Of a stretch of DNA of 64,000 nt, positions 1 to 7,303 are shown piece after piece (positions within the stretch are counted from its first letter, which is position 1; every line of letters begins with the position of its first letter). The stretch spans positions 26,728 to 90,727 of the forward strand of contig JAPKMR010000012.1 in the NCBI GenBank assembly GCA_026645815.1, given 5' to 3'. The DNA comes from Anaerolineae bacterium. Lineage in GTDB: Bacteria > Chloroflexota > Anaerolineae > B4-G1 > SLSP01. Made by a program: the position numbers and the translations under genes. The notes beneath the pieces were generated by a model. That model saw only the letters and a program-made list of their open reading frames with translations. It did no database searches and had not been told where the DNA came from.

Positions 1-23
1 TATCTTATCAGGGGGAAAGCGCT

Positions 24-272
24 ATGATGCAGATAGGATTGCTCTGGTACGATAACGGCAACAGTGAATTGCCACTCAAGGTCTCGCAAGCCGTCAAACG
101 CTATCGAGAGCGTTTTGGCGCAGAGCCGAATGTCTGCTATGTGCCGCCAGAGAATCTACCGAATGGCGAACAGCAAGTCGAAGGGGTTGCGGTGCGTGCC
201 TCACCCAGAATACTGCGCCATCATCTATGGGTAGGGCGGGAACAGCTCAGCCAGGAGTACGTCGCAGCCTGA
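24..272 (+). CDS. hypothetical small protein (82 aa)
   Basis: Intact ORF in an otherwise uncovered region, ATG start. No motif recognised. Confidence 0.4.
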   Translation: MMQIGLLWYDNGNSELPLKVSQAVKRYRERFGAEPNVCYVPPENLPNGEQQVEGVAVRASPRILRHHLWVGREQLSQEYVAA

Positions 273-310
273 ACGGCATGGGCATTACTGCCCCGATTCT
301 CCCACTTATA

Positions 311-1273
311 TCACAGGCGACACAACTGCGCGATGAGCAGTTCTAACGCCATGGCATAGGGCAGTTGCCCGGTCTTCAACGCCAAATCGGTTTGGTGCAA
401 TAACCGATAGGCCTCGCGCAGCTGCTCCATGGAGAACTGCCGCGCCTGAGCCAACATCTTTTCCCCCACATAGGGATGTAATCCCAGCTGTTGCGTGATC
501 TCTTGTTGCGTTGCGCCGCTATCTGCCAACCAACGCGTCTGAATCAACAGCCGAAACTGGCGTACCATCATGCCGAAAATGCGCAGGAATTCATCCGTTT
601 TGGTAGCCGGATCAATCAACCGGTGCAGGTGACGCACCGCAGCTCCGGGGCGACGTTGCCCAATCGCGTCCACCATATCAAAAACCACATCCGCCAGCGC
701 TGCATATGGCATCATCACCCGCACATCTTCAACTGTGATATTCCCCGCACCACCACGGTAGGCGAGGAGTTTACGCAATTCCTGGTCCACTAACTGGACT
801 TGATTTCCCAGGTTCTGCGATAGCAGCTGCAATGCCGCAGGCTCAAGGCGCAAGCCGAGTTTCTGTGCACGGCGCATCACCCAAGCGGAGACCTCTTTGG
901 GTTTAGGGAGCTCGTTCAAGGTAACCCGGGCGCCAAGCTGGCGCGCGGCCTTGAGGATGGGATGTGAAAGCGGGATATTCTTCAGCTCCACAAAAAACAA
1001 ATGCGTAAAAGATGGCAGCGATGGCAGATATTCCGCGACCTGTTTGGCCCAGGCTTCATTTTCCTGTGCCAATGCGCCACGTATCAACACCAGGCGACCA
1101 TCACCGAAGAAGGGGAATGTATCGCATGCCTGGCGCAAATCGGCGAAATTCACCGGCGGTTCAAAAACCACTTTGTTCATTCCGCCGAAATCTTCGAGGC
1201 GCAGTTCAGCAAGAAGCGCTGCAATAGCTTCTTCTTGCTCCAGCCGGTTTTCGCCGTGAAAAATGGCTAACAT
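311..1273 (-). CDS. holA: DNA polymerase III subunit delta
   Basis: Size and pattern of the delta subunit: N-terminal MLAIFHGEN...EEAI and a helical C-terminal domain. I trimmed the start to the internal ATG at 1273 (MLAIFHGEN), 4 nt downstream of the preceding gene's stop. The longer tracked ORF overlaps the upstream gene. Confidence 0.7.
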   Translation of the reverse strand: MLAIFHGENRLEQEEAIAALLAELRLEDFGGMNKVVFEPPVNFADLRQACDTFPFFGDGRLVLIRGALAQENEAWAKQVAEYLPSLPSFTHLFFVELKNIPLSHPILKAARQLGARVTLNELPKPKEVSAWVMRRAQKLGLRLEPAALQLLSQNLGNQVQLVDQELRKLLAYRGGAGNITVEDVRVMMPYAALADVVFDMVDAIGQRRPGAAVRHLHRLIDPATKTDEFLRIFGMMVRQFRLLIQTRWLADSGATQQEITQQLGLHPYVGEKMLAQARQFSMEQLREAYRLLHQTDLALKTGQLPYAMALELLIAQLCRL

Positions 1274-1277
1274 GATA

Positions 1278-1781
1278 TCAGGGATGCCGGGTCTGGACGT
1301 AGACGCGCCGGAAAGCGCTGCCCGAATCTGTGGTAATCGAGGCAATCTCCAAATCACCGATATTGGAATCCACGGTGAGTTTAGCCTGTACCAACATCCC
1401 CAATCGGGGAGCCAAAAGCAAAGCCAGGGCATTCAACAAGATGGCCTTCAACACACGGTCCAAACGCTCTTGCGCGTTGGCAGAGGGCTTGCCCTGCAGC
1501 ACTAAAGATGTGGTACCCACCGTGAGAAGAGCAGCTGTCAACAAATTGGTCCCACAATTAGGATGATAGGCTAACGCGGCTTCACCGCGCCGCAAACGCT
1601 CCAGCGCCTCTTGAACTGCCGGGTAGACCTCTTTCATCGAGAGGTTGGTGTACAACGTAAAACCCAAAGGCCCTGAAAAGCCAACCATTTGCGCGTTGGA
1701 TTGCCGCCCTGATAGCAGAGCAATCGTAGCGTGTTCAAGGGCATGGTTCTGACGAATACGACGGATCAATGTAGAAAGCAT
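1278..1781 (-). CDS. conserved hypothetical protein with HxxEH and HPNCGT motifs
   Basis: ORF trimmed to the ATG at 1781 (MLSTLIRRIRQNHALEHATI), which abuts the sortase stop at 1784. Contains NHALEHAT (HxxEH) and YHPNCGTN motifs and a hydrophobic C-terminal half. Confidence 0.5.
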   Translation of the reverse strand: MLSTLIRRIRQNHALEHATIALLSGRQSNAQMVGFSGPLGFTLYTNLSMKEVYPAVQEALERLRRGEAALAYHPNCGTNLLTAALLTVGTTSLVLQGKPSANAQERLDRVLKAILLNALALLLAPRLGMLVQAKLTVDSNIGDLEIASITTDSGSAFRRVYVQTRHP

Positions 1782-1783
1782 GA

Positions 1784-2629
1784 TTATTCTCCTTCTGCCG
1801 GCAACGTAGCAGGCGCCGGGCGCGCAATGACGATAAGGCGATTCTGGATACTGCCATAAGGGTGGCAAGTCACCAAGGTCAACCGTTCATCCGTGGTAGG
1901 CAAAATATAACGTGCATTTTCCAGACGCACTTCCAGGGGTTGGTTTGCCTCTCTGAGGATGTAGAGTGATTCCACTGTGTAGGTATAGGTCAAAGCATCT
2001 TCACCCTCGAGAAGAATTTCTGCTCCAACTTGCAACTTATAGAGGTCACGGAAAACTTCACCATAAGTGGTATTGTGACCATTCAAGACGGTATTGCCAG
2101 GAACACCTAACAGGGCTGAGGTGTTATGCCAGCCCGCCGCACGCCAATCAGGGACTTTCCAGATTCCCTGCACGCCATCAACCGTTTCAAGCACCTCCCA
2201 ATCAATGGGCACTACGGGTGCATCCAGCCGAATAGCGGGAATGTGAATGCGCGCCGGCGCAATGCCCGTAAATTGAGGCGTCGCCGCCGGCTGAGGCACT
2301 GCCGCAGGTGTTGGGGTCGGCGTCGTGTCGAGCATGGCAGGCGTGGCCTGCCGATTAACGGGAGGCAGAGAAGCAGAGCGCGACACCGCCACTGTGGGCG
2401 AAATCACAGCAGGAGGCGGTGTTCCCTCAAAAGGTAATAACGCCACAACAGTCGCATCTTCAGCGAGGATGGCATCATCCAAGGGCGGCGCTGTAGGAAT
2501 ATCACGGTCTTGCCACAAGGTCTCCAGGTATGGTCGAAAGGTCGGGTAAGACCACACAATGCCCACTAGCAGCAAGCCAATGCCCAAAACAATCAAGAAA
2601 TCAGCGATTTTCAGTGCCTTCATACTCAC
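1784..2629 (-). CDS. sortase family transpeptidase, membrane-anchored
   Basis: N-terminal TM helix and a Pro/Ala/Thr linker. Catalytic signature LTLVTCHP (TLxTC), conserved His in NTVLNGHNTTYG, and a C-terminal Arg (RLIVIARP). Confidence 0.85.
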   Translation of the reverse strand: MSMKALKIADFLIVLGIGLLLVGIVWSYPTFRPYLETLWQDRDIPTAPPLDDAILAEDATVVALLPFEGTPPPAVISPTVAVSRSASLPPVNRQATPAMLDTTPTPTPAAVPQPAATPQFTGIAPARIHIPAIRLDAPVVPIDWEVLETVDGVQGIWKVPDWRAAGWHNTSALLGVPGNTVLNGHNTTYGEVFRDLYKLQVGAEILLEGEDALTYTYTVESLYILREANQPLEVRLENARYILPTTDERLTLVTCHPYGSIQNRLIVIARPAPATLPAEGE

Positions 2630-2699
2630 AGTTAACCCTCACCCTTTGAGGTGCATGTATTATACCCATATTTGGGACACTTGTCATCATCAGATCGGG

Positions 2700-2945
2700 T
2701 ATGGGACAAATTATTGGGAAGTTCAGAGGTCAGATTGGTGAGACCATGGGTTTAGCACTTTGACGCGCCAAAGCGACGCAGAGGGAGGTTGTTTTATCAT
2801 TTTCGTGGACGGCGAAGCCCACCTGTGGGCTTTTACCCCGTCCACGAAAATGACATGCAGAAAGAAACGCCGAGTACGGCAGCGCAGAGATGTGAGCGCT
2901 GATGAAGGCCGTCTACAAGATGGCGGCCTTATTTTCCCAATAGAC
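2700..2945 (+). repeat. repeat family A, copy A1 (full length, about 250 bp) with long hairpin at 2797..2853
   Basis: Alignable by eye to 29737..29985 and 18022..18148. Shared core: ggacaaatNattgggaagttcagaggtcagattggtgagaccatgNgtttagNcactttgacgcgccaaag. Perfect 16-bp stem tcattttcgtggacgg/ccgtccacgaaaatga. Ends with a small hairpin aaggccg..cggcctt followed by attttccc. Confidence 0.8.
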
Positions 2946-2968
2946 TACGGCTTTCAGCCGCCCCGCGC

Positions 2969-3529
2969 TCAATCGTTGACGTGGGTGTAGACTTCTGGTT
3001 TGAGCACCCCGATGAAGGGCAGATTGCGATACTGCTCCGCGTAATCCAATCCAAAGCCCAGAACGAACTCATCAGGAATCTCAAAACCCACAAAATCCAC
3101 CGGGATATCAAAAATCTCGCGGCGACTGGGTTTGTTCAGCAACGTAGCAATACGGATCGAGGCAGGGTGGCGGGTTTCCAGGTTGTGAAGAATATAGTTC
3201 AGGGTGTGGCCCGTATCAATGATGTCCTCGACGATGATTACGTGACGACCCTCGATGTTGGCCTCCAGATCGAGCAAAATCCGCACAATCCCACTACTGC
3301 GGGTTCCGCTGCCATAGCTGGAAACGACCATAAAATCCATCTCGTGACGGAAATCGAGGTGACGCACCAAATCAGAGAGAAACATCACCGCCCCTTTGAG
3401 GATACACACGAGCAAGGGCACGTCATCATCAGTATAGCGAGCATTGAGTTCTGCGGCTAGATCCCGAATGCGCACCTGAAGCTGTTCCTCAGTGATAAGA
3501 ATTTTTTCGATGTCATCTAGCATAGTCAT
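2969..3529 (-). CDS. hpt: hypoxanthine phosphoribosyltransferase
   Basis: Typical HPRT sequence: LLVCILKGAVMFLSDL, PRPP loop VIIVEDIIDTGHTL, and FVLGFGLDYAEQYRNLPFIG. Confidence 0.9.
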   Translation of the reverse strand: MTMLDDIEKILITEEQLQVRIRDLAAELNARYTDDDVPLLVCILKGAVMFLSDLVRHLDFRHEMDFMVVSSYGSGTRSSGIVRILLDLEANIEGRHVIIVEDIIDTGHTLNYILHNLETRHPASIRIATLLNKPSRREIFDIPVDFVGFEIPDEFVLGFGLDYAEQYRNLPFIGVLKPEVYTHVND

Positions 3530-3634
3530 GGGAAGGTCTCCTTTGATAAGACAATATCACGCCAAAGGCACAAAAAAGGTCATCGCAGATGCATCCACAG
3601 GGTGAGGAAAGCCGGCTAACTCCCGGGCGCTCTC

Positions 3635-4198
3635 TCACTTTTCGTAAGCGCTGCGCTTCAATGCCGCAATATAGGGTAAGGTACGGAAACGGTCATTGAA
3701 ATCAAGTCCATAACCGACCACCCACACATCGGGAATCTCAAAACCCAGGTAATCCACGGGGACCTCTACCTTGCGACGCTCGGGTTTGCTCAACAACACA
3801 CAGGTGCGCAATGAAGCCGGTCCACGAGCATTGAAGACGCGTTGCAAGTAAGCAAGGGTATAGCCGGTATCGAGAATATCTTCCACGATGAGCACATGCC
3901 GTCCTGGAATTGACGCGCGGGTGTCCATAATCAGCCGAACGGCACCAGGGATATCGGTAGCATCTGAATAACTGGATAGCGCAATGAAATCCACGCGATG
4001 AGGCACGGTAAGCCTACGCGCCAGGTCAGCCAAAAAGATGAACGAGCCCTTAAGCACACCTACCAGGATGAAATCCTCATTGCGTATTCCAACATAATCA
4101 CGGCTGATCTGTTCTGCAAGCGCCTCGGTACGCGCGAGGATGGTTGCCTCATCCAACAACACACGATCTACGGAATCTGGGATCGGAATGTTTGTCAT
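3635..4198 (-). CDS. hpt: hypoxanthine phosphoribosyltransferase, second tandem paralog
   Basis: Same HPRT motifs: [49 protein letters not shown]. Its start overlaps the tdk stop (ATGA). Confidence 0.9.
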   Translation of the reverse strand: MTNIPIPDSVDRVLLDEATILARTEALAEQISRDYVGIRNEDFILVGVLKGSFIFLADLARRLTVPHRVDFIALSSYSDATDIPGAVRLIMDTRASIPGRHVLIVEDILDTGYTLAYLQRVFNARGPASLRTCVLLSKPERRKVEVPVDYLGFEIPDVWVVGYGLDFNDRFRTLPYIAALKRSAYEK

Positions 4199-4800
4199 TG
4201 CTCCTCCTCACATTGCGATGATACACGGTGCGGGACCTCATGACAGCCCCGGCATCGCGCTTGATAAACTTCACTAGCTCCCACCAAAACAACAGGGTCC
4301 TCATAACATGCAGGTTCGCCATTGATCAGCCGTTGAGTGCGGCTCGCAGGTCCACCACAGATGACGCAAATCGCCTGCAGTTTCTCGACCTGCTCGGCGA
4401 CTGCCAATAGCCGGGGCAAGGGACCAAAAGGCTCACCACGGAAATCCATGTCCAGCCCGGCACAGATGACGCGCTTGCCATTATTGGCAAGTTCGACGCA
4501 AAGGTCAGCTACCCCATCATCAAAGAACTGTACCTCATCAATCGCAATGACTGTGGATTGAGGGTCTATTTGAGCACGTATCTCAGCCGAACTGTTGACC
4601 GGAAGAGCCTGTGCTTGCAGGCCGTTGTGAGAAGCAATCGCAGTTTCGCTATACCGTTGATCAATTGCAGGTTTGAAAACCTGCACGCGCTGTCGAGCAA
4701 TTTGAGCACGGCGGAGACGACGAATCAGCTCTTCCGTCTTGCCACTAAACATACTCCCACAAATCACCTCAATCCAACCGCCTTGGGGCATTCCGTACAC
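4195..4800 (-). CDS. tdk: thymidine kinase
   Basis: P-loop [15 protein letters not shown] and C-terminal zinc motifs CVICGGPA and CRGCH. I chose the GTG start at 4800 because AAAGGAGG lies 10 nt upstream. The tracked ORF extends to 4836. Confidence 0.85.
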   Translation of the reverse strand: MYGMPQGGWIEVICGSMFSGKTEELIRRLRRAQIARQRVQVFKPAIDQRYSETAIASHNGLQAQALPVNSSAEIRAQIDPQSTVIAIDEVQFFDDGVADLCVELANNGKRVICAGLDMDFRGEPFGPLPRLLAVAEQVEKLQAICVICGGPASRTQRLINGEPACYEDPVVLVGASEVYQARCRGCHEVPHRVSSQCEEEQ

Positions 4801-5048
4801 GGTATTGATTCCTCCTTTAGATGCAGCTAAAATCACCTGTTAACGGCCCTTAGGCCGAAATTGATCGTTTTAACGCGGGATTAAGCAGTAACCACTTTAG
4901 GGTGAATTCTACAAACGGTGATAGCGAAGAAGTCAGGAATGAGAAAGAGCTACTGACACTAGGATTACCTGATGACCTGGTTGAAGGAACGAAGCCCAAC
5001 ATTGATGGCACAAAGAAGCAGGGCACAGACGACCCAGAAAATAAAGAA

Positions 5049-5076
5049 ACAGGGCAGGGTATGAACCCTGCCCTGT
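5049..5076 (-). terminator. intrinsic terminator downstream of rpmE
   Basis: Perfect 12-bp stem acagggcagggt/accctgccctgt with a 4-nt loop. On the minus strand it is followed by ttctttattttc (U-rich). It lies 10 nt after the rpmE stop. Confidence 0.8.
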
Positions 5077-5086
5077 GCAGTTAGTG

Positions 5087-5566
5087 TCAGGCGGCGTTTG
5101 CCTCAGCGGCATCACCCGGGAGGGTGAAGCCCTGTGCACGAAGCAGTTTCTTCAAGTCAGCCAAGGCTTTGAGACCAAAACCACGGATATTGGTGAGTCC
5201 CTCATCGCCCGATTCTGCCATGCGCGCGAGGACATCGCTCACCGTCACAATGCCAGCCTCCTGGAGGCTGTTCTGGACACGCTGCGACAATCCCAGGTCC
5301 GCAATGCCAAGATTGGGAGAAGTACGGGCGTCTTTGCGCTCCTGCACTTCCCGGATGGCATCTTCGCGGGCCTTCAGGCGGCGCATGAAGCGATCAACCT
5401 GTCCCTCGGTGTCCACAATGCGCTGTTCCCCGGTGAAGAAGGGATGGCACTTAGAGCAGACATCCGTACGAATCTCAGGAACCGTAGCTCCTACGGTCCA
5501 GGTGTTACCACACGCACAAATGACCTGTGCGTTTTCATACCATTTGGGGTGAATTTTGGGTCTCAT
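5087..5566 (-). CDS. rpmE: 50S ribosomal protein L31 fused to an RNA polymerase alpha C-terminal-domain-like (HhH) module
   Basis: The N-terminal 70 aa is canonical L31 ([26 protein letters not shown]). The C-terminal 70 aa ([24 protein letters not shown]...[24 protein letters not shown]) matches the alpha-CTD pattern DLELSVRSxNCLKxAxIxTxxDL...NFGKKSLxEIKxxL. Confidence 0.85.
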   Translation of the reverse strand: MRPKIHPKWYENAQVICACGNTWTVGATVPEIRTDVCSKCHPFFTGEQRIVDTEGQVDRFMRRLKAREDAIREVQERKDARTSPNLGIADLGLSQRVQNSLQEAGIVTVSDVLARMAESGDEGLTNIRGFGLKALADLKKLLRAQGFTLPGDAAEANAA

Positions 5567-5841
5567 GCTTCAATCCCTTCCTGCATCGGTGCCTGCATCT
5601 GTGCCTGTACGTTCACGCGTTTGCGACCGCGAACGATATCATAGAACACATTGCCATCCGTCAAAGCAAAGAGGGTATAATCACCGCCCATGCCCACGTT
5701 GACACCGGGCTTAATTCGCATTCCGACCTGGCGAACAATAATGTTGCCAGCGCGCACCGATTGACCGCCGTATTTCTTGATGCCGCGGCGCTGCGACCGG
5801 CTATCGCGTCCGTTAGTACCTGTTGCCTTTTTGCGTCCCAT
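5563..5841 (-). CDS. rpmA: 50S ribosomal protein L27
   Basis: [35 protein letters not shown] is the L27 signature. Its stop overlaps the rpmE start (ATGA). Confidence 0.9.
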   Translation of the reverse strand: MGRKKATGTNGRDSRSQRRGIKKYGGQSVRAGNIIVRQVGMRIKPGVNVGMGGDYTLFALTDGNVFYDIVRGRKRVNVQAQMQAPMQEGIEA

Positions 5842-5843
5842 CT

Positions 5844-6164
5844 CTAAGCCGCTCCCTTCACAATCTCATCCACGCGCAGGCGCATATAGGTCTGCCGATG
5901 GCCCTGGCGCCGGCGATAGCGCTCCTTGGGCTTGTGCTTGAAGATGCGGATTTTTGGTCCACGAAATTCCTCGAGAATGGTGGCGCGAACCCGTGCACCG
6001 GGCACGGTTGGTTGACCGACCACAATCTCATCGCCCTCGGCCATCAGGTAAACGTCTTCTAGCTCGATTTGCGCGCCTATCTCTTGGGGGAGACGCTCAA
6101 CAATGAGCTCGCCCCCTACAGTTGCCTTATACTGGTGTGTGCCTGACTTAACGACTGCGAACAC
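5844..6164 (-). CDS. rplU: 50S ribosomal protein L21
   Basis: [24 protein letters not shown] is an L21-type N-terminus. The GTG start at 6164 is preceded by GGAGG 8 nt upstream. The tracked ORF begins earlier, at 6188. Confidence 0.85.
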   Translation of the reverse strand: MFAVVKSGTHQYKATVGGELIVERLPQEIGAQIELEDVYLMAEGDEIVVGQPTVPGARVRATILEEFRGPKIRIFKHKPKERYRRRQGHRQTYMRLRVDEIVKGAA

Positions 6165-6221
6165 GACTGCATCCTCCATTATACACAATAGAAGCCAACC
6201 TCTTAGGTCGGCTGCGAGTCA

Positions 6222-6249
6222 ATTATATCTAGCTCGAGGATTTTGTCAA
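6222..6249 (-). promoter_or_regulatory. sigma-70-type promoter for rplU-rpmA-rpmE
   Basis: Minus strand reads TTGACA, a 16-nt spacer, then TATAAT. A short leader hairpin (GCCGACC..GGTTGGC) follows before the SD. Confidence 0.65.
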
Positions 6250-6433
6250 CCACTGCAAAAAATGGGCATTCGTAGCAGTTCAGAAAGGCTCTCTGCGTAC
6301 CCTATGAGGCTCGCTGTGCGATTGGGTTGCTACTACGCAACCTGGAGCGAAGGCCTTGCTGGCGCTTCAGGTGCGGCGTAAGGTGCGTAGCGCGATTTCG
6401 GTCAGCGACCTGCTACGAAATCCCCAATGGGAG

Positions 6434-6480
6434 GCATAGGACAAATTATGGGGAAAACCCAGAAGCTGTGTCAGGATCAA
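6434..6480 (+). repeat. degenerate 5' fragment of repeat family A
   Basis: ataggacaaattatggggaaaacccagaagctgtgtcaggat resembles the first 40 nt or so of A copies (ataggacaaattattgggaagttcagaggtcagatt). It overlaps the 3' end of the Mut7-C CDS. Confidence 0.4.
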
Positions 6481-6931
6481 ACGCGGCAGCAATTCGCCGG
6501 CAGATGCCCTCCCAATGCGTACCACGCCAAAAGATCTTAGCACATTGTTGGCACTGGTGAAAGTCACTATGGGTTGCAGCAATATAGGTAGGGATATGCG
6601 GGCGCGCCAGTTCTAAGGGGATAGGGCTGAGAGTGCCGTTGCAAGCCACACAACGGGGTGTAAGGGGTGGAATTGCCACGTTAGCATGCACTTGCGCCAC
6701 CTGCAGTTCCAGACTTGTCGCAGTCAGCAGGATCACATTGAGTCCCCGGCGCGCCGCAAGTCCTCGGTCGCGTGTGAGCACAATCCGCTCCTCGCTTCTG
6801 GCGCGCTGCGCAATCAGATTATCGCTTTCTTGCGAGTAGAGCGTGTCATAGCCCAACAGACGGAGCCAACGCGCCAACTTACCCAACATCGCGTCGGCGA
6901 TAAAACGTGGTTCAACGCCAGGATTCAACAT
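6446..6931 (-). CDS. Mut7-C RNase domain (DUF82) protein with C-terminal zinc ribbon
   Basis: N-terminus RFIADAMLGKLARWLRLLGYDT is characteristic of DUF82/Mut7-C. C-terminal motifs CVACNG...CQQC form a zinc ribbon. Confidence 0.7.
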   Translation of the reverse strand: MLNPGVEPRFIADAMLGKLARWLRLLGYDTLYSQESDNLIAQRARSEERIVLTRDRGLAARRGLNVILLTATSLELQVAQVHANVAIPPLTPRCVACNGTLSPIPLELARPHIPTYIAATHSDFHQCQQCAKIFWRGTHWEGICRRIAAAFDPDTASGFSP

Positions 6932-7037
6932 TGTGACTGAGCCATCGCTCTCCAGGTTATGACTTAGCGGACATCCTACCTGCTATTTTGAGTATACTCC
7001 TAATTGTTTTGTATTCCAGAATCGGATGACCAAGAAG

Positions 7038-7196
7038 TGTATTTCATGCCGGGGGCGGCAATCTCAAACACCCCTATAGGGCGTGCTAGAAAATTGATTT
7101 TTTGCGGCGTGGCTGCGCCACACCGCAAAAAATCACCCAAAGGAAAAGTATTTGCGTGATAATCGTCTTTTTTGCCCCAGAGGTGAAACGCACCCC
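7038..7196 (+). repeat. repeat family B, copy B1 (MITE-like, central long hairpin)
   Basis: Alignable to 29563..29723, 39677..39852 and 46963..47072. Right terminus tgaaacgcacccc; left terminus degenerate. Central hairpin ttttttgcggcgtgg-ctgc-gccacaccgcaaaaaa. Confidence 0.75.
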
Positions 7197-7303
7197 TCAC
7201 TCAACACCGGTTTGTTTTTCCGGCATTTGGGTGCAGAATAATGGCAGATTCCCTCGCGTTAGAACTAATGTTCTGGTATAATAAAGGGAGGGGAGGCAAC
7301 ATT

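Noticed and set aside
2760-2990. Apparent conserved peptide (LTRQSDAEGG(C/F)F(I/V)IFVDG) encoded in repeat-A copies (ORFs 2760..2990 and the end of 17519..18175).
   Set aside because: The conservation is explained by nucleotide identity of the repeat. The reading frames have no shared start or stop, A3 carries differences within this stretch (RDAESG in place of SDAEGG), and the segment coincides with the hairpin arm.
4902-5084. 60-aa plus-strand ORF in the tdk-rpmE intergenic region.
   Set aside because: It has no SD and a highly hydrophilic, unconserved-looking sequence. Its 3' end is occupied by the rpmE terminator hairpin. The region is more likely the tdk promoter and leader. I also looked there for a riboswitch fold and recognised none.
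7100-7134. Central hairpin of repeat family B (ttttttgcggcgtgg..gccacaccgcaaaaaa) as a bidirectional intrinsic terminator.
   Set aside because: On both strands the T-run precedes the stem and the A-run follows it, so the T/A tracts extend the stem rather than providing a 3' U-tail. The elements also sit upstream of genes, not downstream.
7274-7282. Extended -10-like TGGTATAAT upstream of radA as its promoter.
   Set aside because: The box ends only about 3 nt before the GGGAGGGGAGG SD, so a transcript starting there would lack most of the SD. No -35 element sits at a sensible spacing. It is left uncalled, and the promoter may instead lie inside repeat B1.
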